From contig RHPI01003488.1 of NCBI GenBank assembly GCA_009103225.1, forward strand, positions 186,001 through 250,000: a stretch of DNA of 64,000 nt. The letters run 5' to 3'. Position numbers and translations under genes: made by a program. Below are positions 48,832 to 62,150 of this stretch, piece after piece; positions within the stretch are counted from its first letter, which is position 1; each line of letters opens with the position of its first letter. The stretch is from Chlorokybus atmophyticus. Its lineage: Eukaryota; Plantae; Mesostigma and Chlorokybus algae. The notes under the pieces are model-generated. The model saw only the letters and a list, made by a program, of their open reading frames with translations, did not search any database and was not told where the DNA came from.

Positions 48832-49685
48832 TGTAACGTGACACACACACTTACCTGCTCGTGTATGTCACATACTTGTGCACACGCACAAGAACTTCTT
48901 CACAACATACCACGGTGCAGCACCTTGTTGAAGGAACGACCAGCACCGCAACGGGATGGAGAGGATGCACAACAAACCCTCCACTCAGCTCACACACACT
49001 CAAGCACACCCCACTCACGTGCAAGGCTGCTACGGACACTACAACCCTCTTGGGATGAGAGGGAGAGCCCCTTGAACAACTGAACTAGGCACCCCACACA
49101 CAAGAGTCGAGTATGTACATGCTGAGCTGCCTCAACACTTGTTGAGGCCGTTTATATACCCCCTCTTTGCTGCTCTCCGACCTAGAACAACCATGCCCAA
49201 GGCTACTTGCCTTGTCATGGCTGCGTTGACCTGTACTCATGCCTAGGAGCTGCCACATCAGCCCTAGGACATCTTGTCAACGCCCAAGACTATCACACAT
49301 CAGCCTCGGACATTGTGAACGCCCAAGGCTGGTCACATTAGTCTAGGACCTCATACATATGCATACATATGCGGACATATGCATACACATGCATACATCA
49401 CTCATATCCGCACATATGAACTCATATGCGGACACATGCATGCATATGCAACCATATGCACATACATTCGGACATACGACACCGACCAGCCCTGAGCTTG
49501 CTAGTAGACAGTGCCTATGTGTAGCTACAATGCCCTTGCACACTATGTGCACAAGAACTGACTTCATGAGCACATATACTAAGTATTACACAACTTGACT
49601 ATACGGGATCCTCACTTAGTTCTTCTTACTTACCACATAAGTAAGGAACATGAGAGTGACTTTTGCCAGCCCTTTGGGCGTGACA
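48832..49685 (-). repeat. 5' LTR of the gypsy element (854 bp)
   Basis: Direct repeat of 42387-43236; bounded by TG...CA. Confidence 0.96.
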
Positions 49686-52460
49686 CTATCTCATCATGTA
49701 GCAATCCACATTATTGTGGGCCGCATGGCCTCAGGTATGAACAAGCTGTGTGCCAGTCCTTAATAATGCCTCGTACAGTAATGTCAAAGCTTTCAGACAA
49801 GATAGGAGGAAACTGTGGGGTTCACTCTATTAAGTACCACACAGCTTGAAAGACAATTGGTCCGCATGGAAAATGTCATAGCTACAATCTTACCATTGGA
49901 GTAAGTGACAGACAGTGACTTAAACCAGCTTTAAGTGTGACATATACGCTTTTGTGGATTGGTATCTCGACGCATTTGTTTAATCATGAGGTGAACGGGT
50001 ATATCAAAGATGTGTTACAACAAATTCAGGTTGTCTTGAGTCAAGCGTGTTGAGCTTGTGTATGAGCACTTTGGAAAGTATTATGCTTTTATGGGAAAGT
50101 TTGTGAGACAAATATATGACGTATGATGCATGAAAACAATTAAGAATAGATTACAATAGTTATGTGACATTATGGGTGTCATAGCATAAATGTTGGTTGC
50201 GCATGAGAACGGTGTCATCTCTTGTCATATAGACAGTTACGAGGCTGCTGCCATTATGCCTCCGAGGAGTTTGCATGGTGTGTATGAAAGTTTCATGGAT
50301 GCATCTGCTTCCCCAACTCCATCCGCCTGAAGGGCTCGGCTCATAAGTACAATGCCAACCCCAGGGACCCTGGGGAGAAGGAGCATTGACAAGTGGTTGA
50401 AACTCGCATATGTGAGCAATGGCTCTTGCGCTAAATGCAGGTGGGGGCAACTGAATCTCAATCAAGGTGCAACAACGGTTTATTACTGATGCTGCAAAGC
50501 TCTCAATAAGACAAACATTGGCAAGCAGAATACGCATCACGTTTCATGTATGTGTCTAAGCCCTCACAAAGTCCGTACTTTGTACATTGCAACAATTGCA
50601 GCACTTCAAGTATAATTTGCAACAGAATTTAGTACCCCATGGGGGCGGCAGCACTCATCACGGTATCTAACTATCTAAGATAGTGTGAACGCAACCTTTA
50701 CATCCTTATTATTATTGTTACAGAGCTAATATGAACGAGGGCAAGTTGGAGGACACAAGAGAAATTGCGTGAGAGTACCCCAAAAAGCAACTATTGTGCT
50801 TTATAGGCAAATTTTTGGCGGATTAATAATAATATTTACTTGACGTGTCGGACTATTGAGGCCCCGCGGACCAGTTACAAGACTGGCTCAGATTGGCGAG
50901 GACCGGTATTGCTTCCCGTTCCTATAATTGTCGTGGTGGGCCCCGGCGATGTACGGCCCACATAATGGTTGGCTTTGTATAAAGCATGCAGCTTAATGCT
51001 GGTACCAATGAACATGTACATCATTGGTCCATTTTGAGCAATTCGTACAAGCCAATATTGGTGCAAAAAGCACAGGAATTGTTAATCGTTGTGTTTTGCC
51101 TCAAATATGTCAATTCTGCAACTTGCAGCTAATATGCAATACTGGGACCAATGCATTATCCATTACCAGTCTGCGTGGTTTGTGTGGGTCGATCGCAAGA
51201 TGCCGTACATGGTCCAACAATGGTCTTGCAAGTGCATTTATGTATTTGCTTTGTGGACACCTATGTGCTGAAAAACATCAACAATCAATGGCGAGAAATA
51301 CAGGCATAGCAAATAAGGTTTACAACAAGCTCACAGCAATCCACCTCAGGCTGATCATACAACACCACAAACTGCGCAACTACGTTTTTAAGGGAGCCTC
51401 AGCTCCAGCCAATGCGTACACCTGACGCCCTCCCCGCCTGGAGGGCATGCAGCACAATCAAGCAGCATGCCAAAACACTTGCAGCTGCACAAGGTGCACA
51501 TGGGGAGCATGTGTGCGTGAGCTTCACACGGGGGACATACCTAAACTCCCACACGCCCTGCAAACATGCAGCAGGCCTAAACTCCTACTACAAACAAGTG
51601 CACAATACATGCCACGCGCGTGCATAAGGATATCCATCTCCCACTTGCAAGCCTGTAGGCTAGCAAGTGCATGCAAGAGTGTGCATGCAATTTGACACCT
51701 TTACTTACATGCGTGTGTATGCGCGTGCGCATTCATGCAAACATGCACTTACATATGCATACAGACGCAGGTTTGCACAATTAGCTCAGGAGGGCAGCAT
51801 GTGCATGAGCACTGCACACATGCACAGCCTTCACGCATGGACACCCTGTTCCGCACCTACACGCCGAGACAACCTGCATGTATGCGCGTGCGCACACGTT
51901 ATAACGCCTGAAAGGGCGCTAAGCATACATGCCCGGGCAAGCATACAATATGTGCACAAGCTTGCATGTGCGTGCAAGCTGTGTTAAAGGTTATGGGTTG
52001 TTAAATGTACATGTATAGGCGGCGCATACATGTAGTTGGTACAATCAGCTGAACCATTATAGTTACGAGAGTGATAAGAGTTACAGGAGTTATGGCAGTT
52101 ATGGTCAACCACGGTCAACTTTAACTTTGACCATTGACTAGTGTTGACTAGTTTCGACTTTGACTAGAATTGACTAGTGCTTAATAGCATAATGTATAAG
52201 ACATTGTATACTGCTTAATACAGTGGGTCGCACATTGTCTCTATAGTTGGCGTGCTTACTGCACTTGTCCTTAATGTGTGCACGCTTGTATGTAAGAGGC
52301 AAATACACACACGCTAGGCGCATTACTAGTTATTAACGGGTTATGGGCTCGCACTCGCTTGTGTGATTGCTTGCGCTAGTGAGAGAAAGTGTCGAGCATA
52401 GGCGCCTACCAAGAGAGTGTTCTTGGGGAGAGGGTGAGTTGTACTATTGTGTAGCAAGCA

Positions 52461-53157
52461 ATGGCTGACACAGATTGATGCACATCGAGTCCCTTGATCT
52501 GCACAAGTACACTTCATGGTCTTTGATGATGAAGTTGGTGCTGATCCATAAAAAGCTCTGGAGTTTTATCGACCCCACCTCCTCCACATCATTGCGCCCA
52601 AGAACAAGTGACACTGGTACCTAGACAAAGCACTCACAATCAGCTTTTGTGCTGATAGGCTTGCACATCAAAAACTTCCACATCCTGTTGATTGCGGATT
52701 GCAAGACTGGACGTGAGGCATGGGAGGTCTTCGACACCCTCTTCAAGGCCAACAGCAACTCGCACAAGTTGCAGCTGAACCGCAAGATGACACTTTTATA
52801 TATGGAGTACAAGGAGCCAGTTCCGAGGTACATCTCGCGTGCAAGGGAGCTTTAGCAAGACCTTGCAGCAGTGGGCCACGATGTGAAAGAAGAGGAGGTG
52901 ATGTGCGCAGTCTTAGCTGGCTCAAAAAAGAGCTTTGCTACGCTAGTGACTGTGTTAGAGTCCTCAGATGTGGTTTCGAGGTTTTAATGATGTAGTGCCC
53001 TAGATGTAGAAGGCACGTTGGATGTTCAGGAGATAGTGAATGGTGGAGAACATATTGCACTTGCTGCCTCATCTTCTCAACACACACGAAGCAAGAGCAA
53101 AGCAGGTGGTGGGAAGCCAATATGTGACAAAAAGTGTCACTACTGCAAGATGAAGGG
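52461..53157 (+). pseudogene. Copia gag remnant
   Basis: SWSLMMKLVLIHKKLW, LIGLHIK...CKTGREAWEVF, YISRAREL*QDLAAVG...AVLAG and a truncated knuckle CHYCKMKG; contains stops and frameshifts. Confidence 0.8.
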
Positions 53158-54123
53158 TGTAACAACACCACCGTCGCCGGTGATGCCCCTTCAATCCTCT
53201 ACCCCAACACCCACACCGCCTATGACAAGCCTTTCAACGGCGTGGCCGCCACTGAGCAGAGAACTGAAAAATCCCCACATCAGATTGATGTGACCTTTTA
53301 TATATATATATATCAAGAGTATATCAACTATATAACTCTCGATAATTAACTCACAACCAGACATCGACCCTACAGATAGGGTAGTTAGGAAATCTAGCGT
53401 GAGCCAATCACAGCTCAGATAAGGTACCTATCGGTAAGGTACCTATCCAAAGATACCTATCGTAAGGTACCTAACGAGATAGTAATCACATCATATCAAA
53501 TGTGACACTAAATAGGCTTGAATAAGCGGTTCTACACCCATTGGGACTTATTTAAGCTATGATAAAGCATCATAGCCTTTGATAAGCGAGGAACCGTAGA
53601 AAAGAGGTATAAATAAACATATTTAAATACTTATTCATACAAAATGTGTTATTCAGGTAGCAATAATACCCCTATTATTATTGCTCCCGTTACAAAGGGC
53701 CATTTCATAAGCGAGTGCGATAAGAGTGTCTACGATGATACAATCAAGGAGGAGCACGCCATGATGGCGATTGCTTTCTAGCATTGGTGGGGACCTCAAG
53801 GAGTTGCAGTAGGTGGTGTTCATCTGTCCTCTCCCACAGTAAGGGCGCGTGAAGGACATGCGTAGACGGAGGTCGCAGACACAAAGGTCTATGAGAGTTA
53901 CTGCTAGCCTATGAGTAGTTTCTGATGTTGAGCTGCATATACTAGAGATTGCATTTATGTGAAGTTGCTTTCGATAGCACACAGGTGTGCGGTAGTGGTT
54001 AGAGCACTTTGCGTGATTGGCATGCAAGGACTGAGTTGTATAGCTAGCTAGCAGGAGATGGGAGGGGTGCTTTCTTTGGTAGAAGGGTCTAATCAACCCT
54101 TGCACGGCCTACACTCTGGTACA
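53158..54123. mobile_element. Possible solo-LTR-like insertion interrupting the copia gag zinc knuckle (right boundary uncertain)
   Basis: Starts TGTAAC exactly where CHYCKMKG breaks off; contains a CCAAT box (53403), a TATA-like run and four imperfect TAAGGTACCTATC units (53420-53475). Confidence 0.4.
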
Positions 54124-56904
54124 TCATTGCTAACGTAGATGTAACGCAACATATAGCACAATTTGCCATTGAAAGAGTCTACAAAACCATTGGAGCAAGA
54201 TCAAGCATGGCGTGGTGGAACCTGATGCGCCAACTATGAGGAGGAAACAAGGAGTATTAGAACCTTATCGTCTTGCTGGCAGCACGAGGAGAAGGATGGT
54301 ATCATACTTACAAGCGTCAAGTCCGTGGGAGCAACACATCCGTGGGAGTGTTGATTGGAGTAAGTTATTGTGGGTAAGCTTGCAAGAAGAACTTGGAGTG
54401 AAGGTCAAGCTGCTCGCATGGGATTGTTAAAGGTTGTAGGTTGTTGAATGTACATATATAGGCGGCGCCTATACGTCGTTGGTACCATGAGCTTAACCTT
54501 TATAGTGACTGGAGTACTAAGAGTTACAAGAGTTACGGCGGTCATGATCAACCATGGTCAACTTTTACTTTAACTGTTGACTTTGACCATTGACTACTGT
54601 TGACTTTGACTAGAGTTCACCAAAGTTGATTAGTGCTTGATAACATAAAACATTGTATGCAGCTTAATACAGTAAGTCGCCCATTGTCTCTATAGTTGGC
54701 GTGCTTGCTGCACTTGTCCTTAATATGTCCGCACTTGAATGTGAGAGGCGCATACACACACATTAGGCGCATCACTAGTTTTCGACACATACACACAGCA
54801 AGGTGCTTACCGTCGATAACATGCAACTTGGCAATCCATACCTGCTAGAGTGCGGAGAGCTGGTATATAGCTTTTCAATGCAAGCGTGCAACACATGGAA
54901 GAGCAGGCTTCAAGGTGCAGCAACGGAGGCGAAGCTTCCAGTGGAGTACTAGCTGCAGCAGGAACTTTGTCACGCTGTTGTTCAGCTACGCCCTGATCAC
55001 CTGCCTGCTGCTGCTGGCGGTGCGAGAGGGAGATGGGCGCCAATAAAGCTGGAGCTGCCGTGCTATCAGGCATCCCGTTAGAGCTTCACTCAAGAAGCTT
55101 GCACACGCTCCAAAAAGCTTGCACACCCTCGTGTTGCATGCAACTCGCAACAGTATCAATATTAAATGTACACGACAACAGCAACCCAACACCCCTGCAA
55201 GCAAGCAGGTGGCATGAGAGCCAGCAGTGCAGTTGAACCCACGGTGGTGTCATTGTTCTTGCGCTTAATAGCCTTAACACGATGACTTGACAATAACTTT
55301 GCACATTAACCAGATTCATAACCACCCAAACGGCACTTAAGCATGCAAACATAGAGCATTGCAAACAAAGTGTCATGCGATCATGTTGGATTAACGTGAG
55401 GCATCGATGCTGTAGTTGCGCAGCATACACATGCATGTTGAAGCCAATTTGCACAAGGAATGGGCTGAAAGAGACGGAGGACAAGCGGTTGCATGCGGTT
55501 GCACTTGACTCAATCGTAGGCGCAATTTGCATTTGAAGCTGCGCCTGCTCCCTTTGTGCACACCGCCTGCGCCTTCCCCTGTGCGAAAAGCAAACTCAAA
55601 TTAGGCGGCCGCCTACCCTTAAAGTGCTTACAGCCATGCTTAACGCCGGCGTCCCATCCATTACCACCACCGCCGTCATGTAATTTTGGGAGAAAAGAGC
55701 TGGGCCAGGCGTATGCTACACGAGAATAAGCATGCAACACAAGCGCTGGAAGCTTGCATGGTCGTCACCTAGTGGATGAGCGCCACGGTGGTTGACATAG
55801 CAATACAATCGGTTGTAGAGAGCTTATCCGCTATACATAGCTTGGTTGTCACCAGCTGACCTATGACAGTGCAAGCGTACTATGCAAGATTTCCCATTTA
55901 CGGTTAGTAGCTCACAACAAGTGCATCATTGGCAAACTTGGTACAATTATCTGATGAGGCATCTGGACGATGATGCCATCGATTACATGACCCATAATGA
56001 GTACAATGGTGCCATAATTATTAGCGGTTAACTACTTACCCATCATTAGTCCCAATATCAATGGGACGCGAAATTCGGGCTATCGTACCAATATGGGGCC
56101 GGCACTTCGTGCGCTAATTGTGGTCTCAGGTGTCTGCCCCAATGGTTGTGCCACCAATGTTTGCGCCAATCCCGGACTCGACGTCGATGGGACCCAGGAA
56201 CCCAGGGTTGTTGGACTGTTGTTGGTCCATTATGTCGACGGATCCACCTATATTAGGTCAAACATTACGCACCAGTATTGGACCGGCGTCGTGGAATAGT
56301 GTTCCAAATCCACATGTAAATTGCCCCTTGCTTTGATTGCAGGTCACTATGTTTTACAGGAACTCACACACGAGTTATATGCGACACACAGCTCATATTG
56401 GGGGGTCGCTATGGGTCGATAGCACGGTAGCTACGCCCAGCACCCAAGTGCATTACAACACAAATATACAAGTATAGATATAGGCTGATCTATACACAAG
56501 TCCGCACTAGGGCGCTAGGCTACAACTATGGGAACTACTTATTCGCGTTAGGTGCAAAAGTCACGCTCTTCTTCGGTCTTCGACTTGTCGATGGCGCCAT
56601 GGCTGCTGACGTAGAGGTCGAAGCCTGAGAAGCCTGTACACCTGCAAAGTAAACCACACTCGCCACCCACGCCAAGGATGGCGCCGCCGTGCTAGGGTTT
56701 CAAGCGACTAGATAAGGAGCTTGTGACTCACAACTCATTCTAGTGAGTGCTCGTGACCCCAAGTGCCTAGGGCACTAGGGGCATAAGAGTTTCATAACTC
56801 ATTGATGAGTTCTTCAGTTCATGGGCGCGCATTTCATGCGCATCATGAACTCATACGACTCACGCACGAGTTATATACGACACACAGCTCATGTTGGGGG
56901 GTCG

Positions 56905-57962
56905 CTATGGGTCAATAGATGGATAACAATTGTTTGAGCACATACCACCTAAGCCGAGGCTTCTCGTTAGCGTATGTAACTCAGGCAACGCGGCGCGCAC
57001 ATAGCCCTCAGCTGTAGTGGAAGACTTCCAACGCCCAAACTGCTGCCACAGGTGCTGGGGCACACCAGCTTTCACGGTTTGGGTCGCAGCTCCCGGACGA
57101 GCAGAGTGTGTGCCAAAACGCGTGGGGTCTTCCCCTGCCGCCTTCATAGCTGCCTTCTCCCAACCAAGGATAGTGCCATGTGGTACCACGGTGTTGCGTA
57201 TGACGCACGTTCCCCCCGCTCGTATGATGGAGCGCAGCAATTTGCCTGGTCCCGCGTGTCAATATCCCGAGGCAAATAATAGATTCTCGGTGTGCATCAC
57301 TGGCATAAGTCACCCCTTACAGCAGCTATGTGCACTGTGGCGCCCACACCGTGTTGATCGGTTTTGCTGCGCGGGATGACGAGATCCATACGGCCTGGGC
57401 GAAAAACAATGTCCTGCGCGTTTACCTCCGCTAGGTCAGAATATCGCATCATACCCGCAAATCTCAGCATCACCATCACCGTTTGCAATCTGACCACCAA
57501 GTCCCACCCGTCGCGAGCAAAGTGCGAGACCATGGCCCGCAAGAGCTCAGCTGTGTAGGCGTCCTTCTTCCGTGTGTTCAAGGGCAGCAGCCTGGCAGCG
57601 GCCTCACGAACCACCGCAACGAGTGCATGCGCAGTAGCAGAGGCTTGTCTTGCCATGGCATGCGCAGCATGTATGGCCGAAGAGGCATGTTTCAGGTGCC
57701 GGGGTGGTTGAATCCACCAACATCTTGGTCAAGAACAGGGCCACTGTGCCAGGGTCTGCAGGCAGGGCAGCCCAACCACGAGGCGTGCAGAACTCCACAA
57801 AGTAACGCCAGTATCCGTCATGGCCCCGCAGGCTGTGCTAGTAGCACGTGACGCCGCTGCCACTGCTGGGTATAAGGTGCGCAGGCGCTCAATCTCGTAG
57901 TCTCCGCGGACGTTGGGCATCAGCGACTGTAAGCTTCGCTCAATAGCAGCTGCACACAGCAC
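56905..57962 (-). pseudogene. Tyrosine recombinase of the DIRS/PAT element (frameshifted)
   Basis: AGMMRYSDL (R), IPRSKTDQ (K), FGTHSARPGAAT (HxxR), GRWKS (W), EGYVR (Y). Confidence 0.92.
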
Positions 57963-57984
57963 GTGTTAATGGCTAGGACGCAAG

Positions 57985-60131
57985 TCAATCCGCAATGCCC
58001 ACATACGACTGTTGGGCAAGCCCCCTTAATGTTCCGTGACTTGCGGGCTGGGCCACAAGCAGGCTGGGCCTCCGGGCAGGCTCACAACGTTTGTGACAAA
58101 TGGTGCCCACACGCCGCCAGGGCAGAGCACGGGCCACCAAGTTTGGGTTGTCCATCCAGGTACAACAAGGCACATGCGAGCCTTGCATTCGCGGGCATAA
58201 CGCAGAACAGTGCCAGCTCGGAGTGGTGGGGAATGGCACTAGTTGTTGCAACCACTCCAATTACAGTGAAAGGCATTGCCGGATGAGCCGGGTCATGGTA
58301 ACACCGAGTTGAAGGCCACACACACGGTGTTAGCATCCGTGGCAAAGCGGTCCACATCAAAGGGGCCCCACTTGCGAGCGAGCAAGAGCACCCATGGGGT
58401 TTACAAGGTCCAACCATTCCAATTTGGTGCTTTGGAGAGCGCGTCCGCCTCCTCATTGAGTTCACGTGGTAACCACTCCACATGCAAGCGGATGCAATGC
58501 CGGTGGCAATGTAAGAAAATACGGCATGCCACTTGTTGCAAGTGTCCGGCCGCACTAACCCCTTTACGCATAATGTTGTACACATTGCGGGCAACGCCAT
58601 AGCACAGCACCGTGCGTCCATGTAGCTCCTCCTCGACAGTGAGCAAGGCACGCTCAAGTCCCAATAATTCACGATGTGTTGATGAAGTCAAGCACTCATC
58701 AGGTGTGAATGTGCCCTTCGCCACGGGGGTAGCTGTGCCATGGCGCACTAGTCCCCAACTAGTGCCGCTAGCATTCACAAATTGCACTATGTCCGGTTGC
58801 ACGGTAGGCCAATGGGATGCCATATTCAGCTCCTTAAAGTGGTCTCTCAGCCACGGTAACTTCGTGATCTTAGGTTGGCGTAGCACCATGTGAGAGCTTC
58901 ATGAGCGGCGGGTCTTAATCAAGCGACGTGTACGCCAAGTCATGAGTTTTATCAGCAAGGCCCGACACCATGAACATAGATTGCAGCTTGCCATAGATGC
59001 GGGCCAGCAACTTCGCTGGCACATGGCGCCTGTCGCCAAATGCGCGTTGCAAGTCTCTAAGCAAACCATCGCGCTTCTTGCCGGGGTTACGAAGTGCTAT
59101 TGTGTGTATCCTACACAAAGCCGAAGAAGATGATGACTCTGCTCAGCACGATCTGCACCTTGGCATTGATCACCAAACCACACCATGATGCATCTGCTTT
59201 CACCACGGCCAGGGTGGAGGCATGCGCAGCCTTGGAGCGAGCAGCAAACAGGAAAATTGTCAATGTATGGCAGGACACGGATGCCTTGTACACGCCAACA
59301 GCGCACTAGTTGCTTCATCACCTTGGTGAATACGAAGCAAGCTGTGCTCAACCCTAAAGGCAATGAGCAAAAGTTATACACTTTGCCCGCAAATGAGAAC
59401 CCCAAGTAGCCCCAGAAGGTGGGGTGTATGTCTATGATGGTATCCGAACTTCAAGTCCGTGGAGAACAACCAGTCCTCGGGCTGTAGCAAGTCTGGAATG
59501 CTGCGCACATCTTCATACTTGAACGGCGTGTTCACCAAGTAGGAGTTGACATAGCGCAAGTGCATGATGAGGCACAGCTTGCGGCCATCATTGACCACGT
59601 TGAGTGGGCACCACGAGGGGGGGGGGGGGGGGGGGGGGNNNNNNNNNNNNNNNNNNNNNNNNNNNNNNNNNNNNNNNNNNNNNNNNNNNNNNNNNNNNNN
59701 NNNNNNNNNNNNNNNNNNNNNNNNNNNNNNNNNNNNNNGGGGGGGGGGGGGGGGGGGGGCGGTCACACACTCTTGTGCGGCCCCGCTATGCACTAGGTTG
59801 GTGATGGCAGCCGCAGTGAAGTCCGCAAACTCATGCACACCCTTATGATTAGTAAATGCCCATTCGTGGGGTGGGTCAGCCGCCATAGTAGCTTGTACCC
59901 GTACTCCACCCATGAGAGCACCATAGTAGACTCGCAGAATTCACGCCATGCGGGCAGGGCATCACGCAGTCGATGACGCATGTAAGGCTCTTCAGCGATG
60001 AGGTTGGCAGGGACGCGAGCAAACTCATGGTGCTTCATCCAGTCGTGAACAAGGTCCTCCTCTGAGCTAGTGTAGGCTACTGCACACGACCATGAAGTGT
60101 CCTCAACAACGGAGCTCAGCCAAAGCCTCAA
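57985..60131 (-). pseudogene. DIRS RT - RNase H - methyltransferase-like ORF, with stops and an assembly gap
   Basis: RT: FKYEDV, TDLKFGYHH, LPLGLSTACFVFTKVM, PYIDN. RH: NASGTSWG, SSTHRELLG, WLPRELNEEADALSK. MT: WGPFDVDRFATDAN...FNS...PG...NW.GCNN*..PP...LVVPGW..QTWWP. Confidence 0.92.
59628..59759. other. Assembly gap (100 N) flanked by poly-G
   Basis: N run 59639-59738; the RT sequence is continuous across it (CVTA...SWCPLNVV). Confidence 0.9.
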
Positions 60132-60474
60132 CGGTATGGTGACGGTAAAATGGCCACAAGTTGTGCAAACAGTGTCCGTATTGGGTTTTCTGTTTTGCTA
60201 AGCATGACATTATTGACCTCATTGTAATATTGTCACAACGTGTCGTATTCCATTTAAGGGTGTTCTAAGACCCCCAGCAACAGTTACAAGCAAGATAGCG
60301 ACTGTTTAAGTAGTGGATCACAAATCCAACACTTTCATTCACGCAGCTCGCAATTTGATTTACTAAATCAGCAGTTGCGAATACAGAAAAGTATTCCCCA
60401 CCGGGTTATAGCATCAACAGTGCAAGTGTACAGCTACGAGGCTGTCACAACAGCTACAGAGCTGCGCAACCAAA

Positions 60475-62150
<1,676 letters not shown>

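Larger units (their letters stand above)
42387..49685 (-). mobile_element. Full-length, disabled Ty3/gypsy LTR retrotransposon (chromovirus)
   Basis: Two TG..CA LTRs; 5-bp TSD CCATC/CTATC (1 mismatch); PPT; gag-(MT-like)-PR-RT-RH-IN-chromodomain order. Confidence 0.96.
51982..54787 (+). mobile_element. Internally deleted Ty1/copia element (LTRs 51982-52338 and 54425-54787), gag only
   Basis: Two diverged ~360-bp direct repeats starting TGTTAAAGG; PBS GGTTATGGGCTC at 52339-52350; degenerate copia gag follows; no recognisable pol; no TSD found. Confidence 0.8.

Noticed and set aside
42387-49685. Fungal-type RIP (CpA to TpA) acting on the gypsy element
   Set aside because: LTR-LTR differences fall in mixed contexts (CpG, CpA, CpT, CpC and transversions), and stops arising by transition are expected anyway.
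42387-49685. Apparent paradox of near-identical LTRs but many pol lesions
   Set aside because: About 2% LTR divergence over a 5.6-kb interior with transition bias can plausibly yield several stops; not clearly anomalous.
53420-53475. CRISPR-like short repeats (TAAGGTACCTATC)
   Set aside because: Units are 13 bp, nearly adjacent, without unique spacers, in a eukaryotic LTR-like context.
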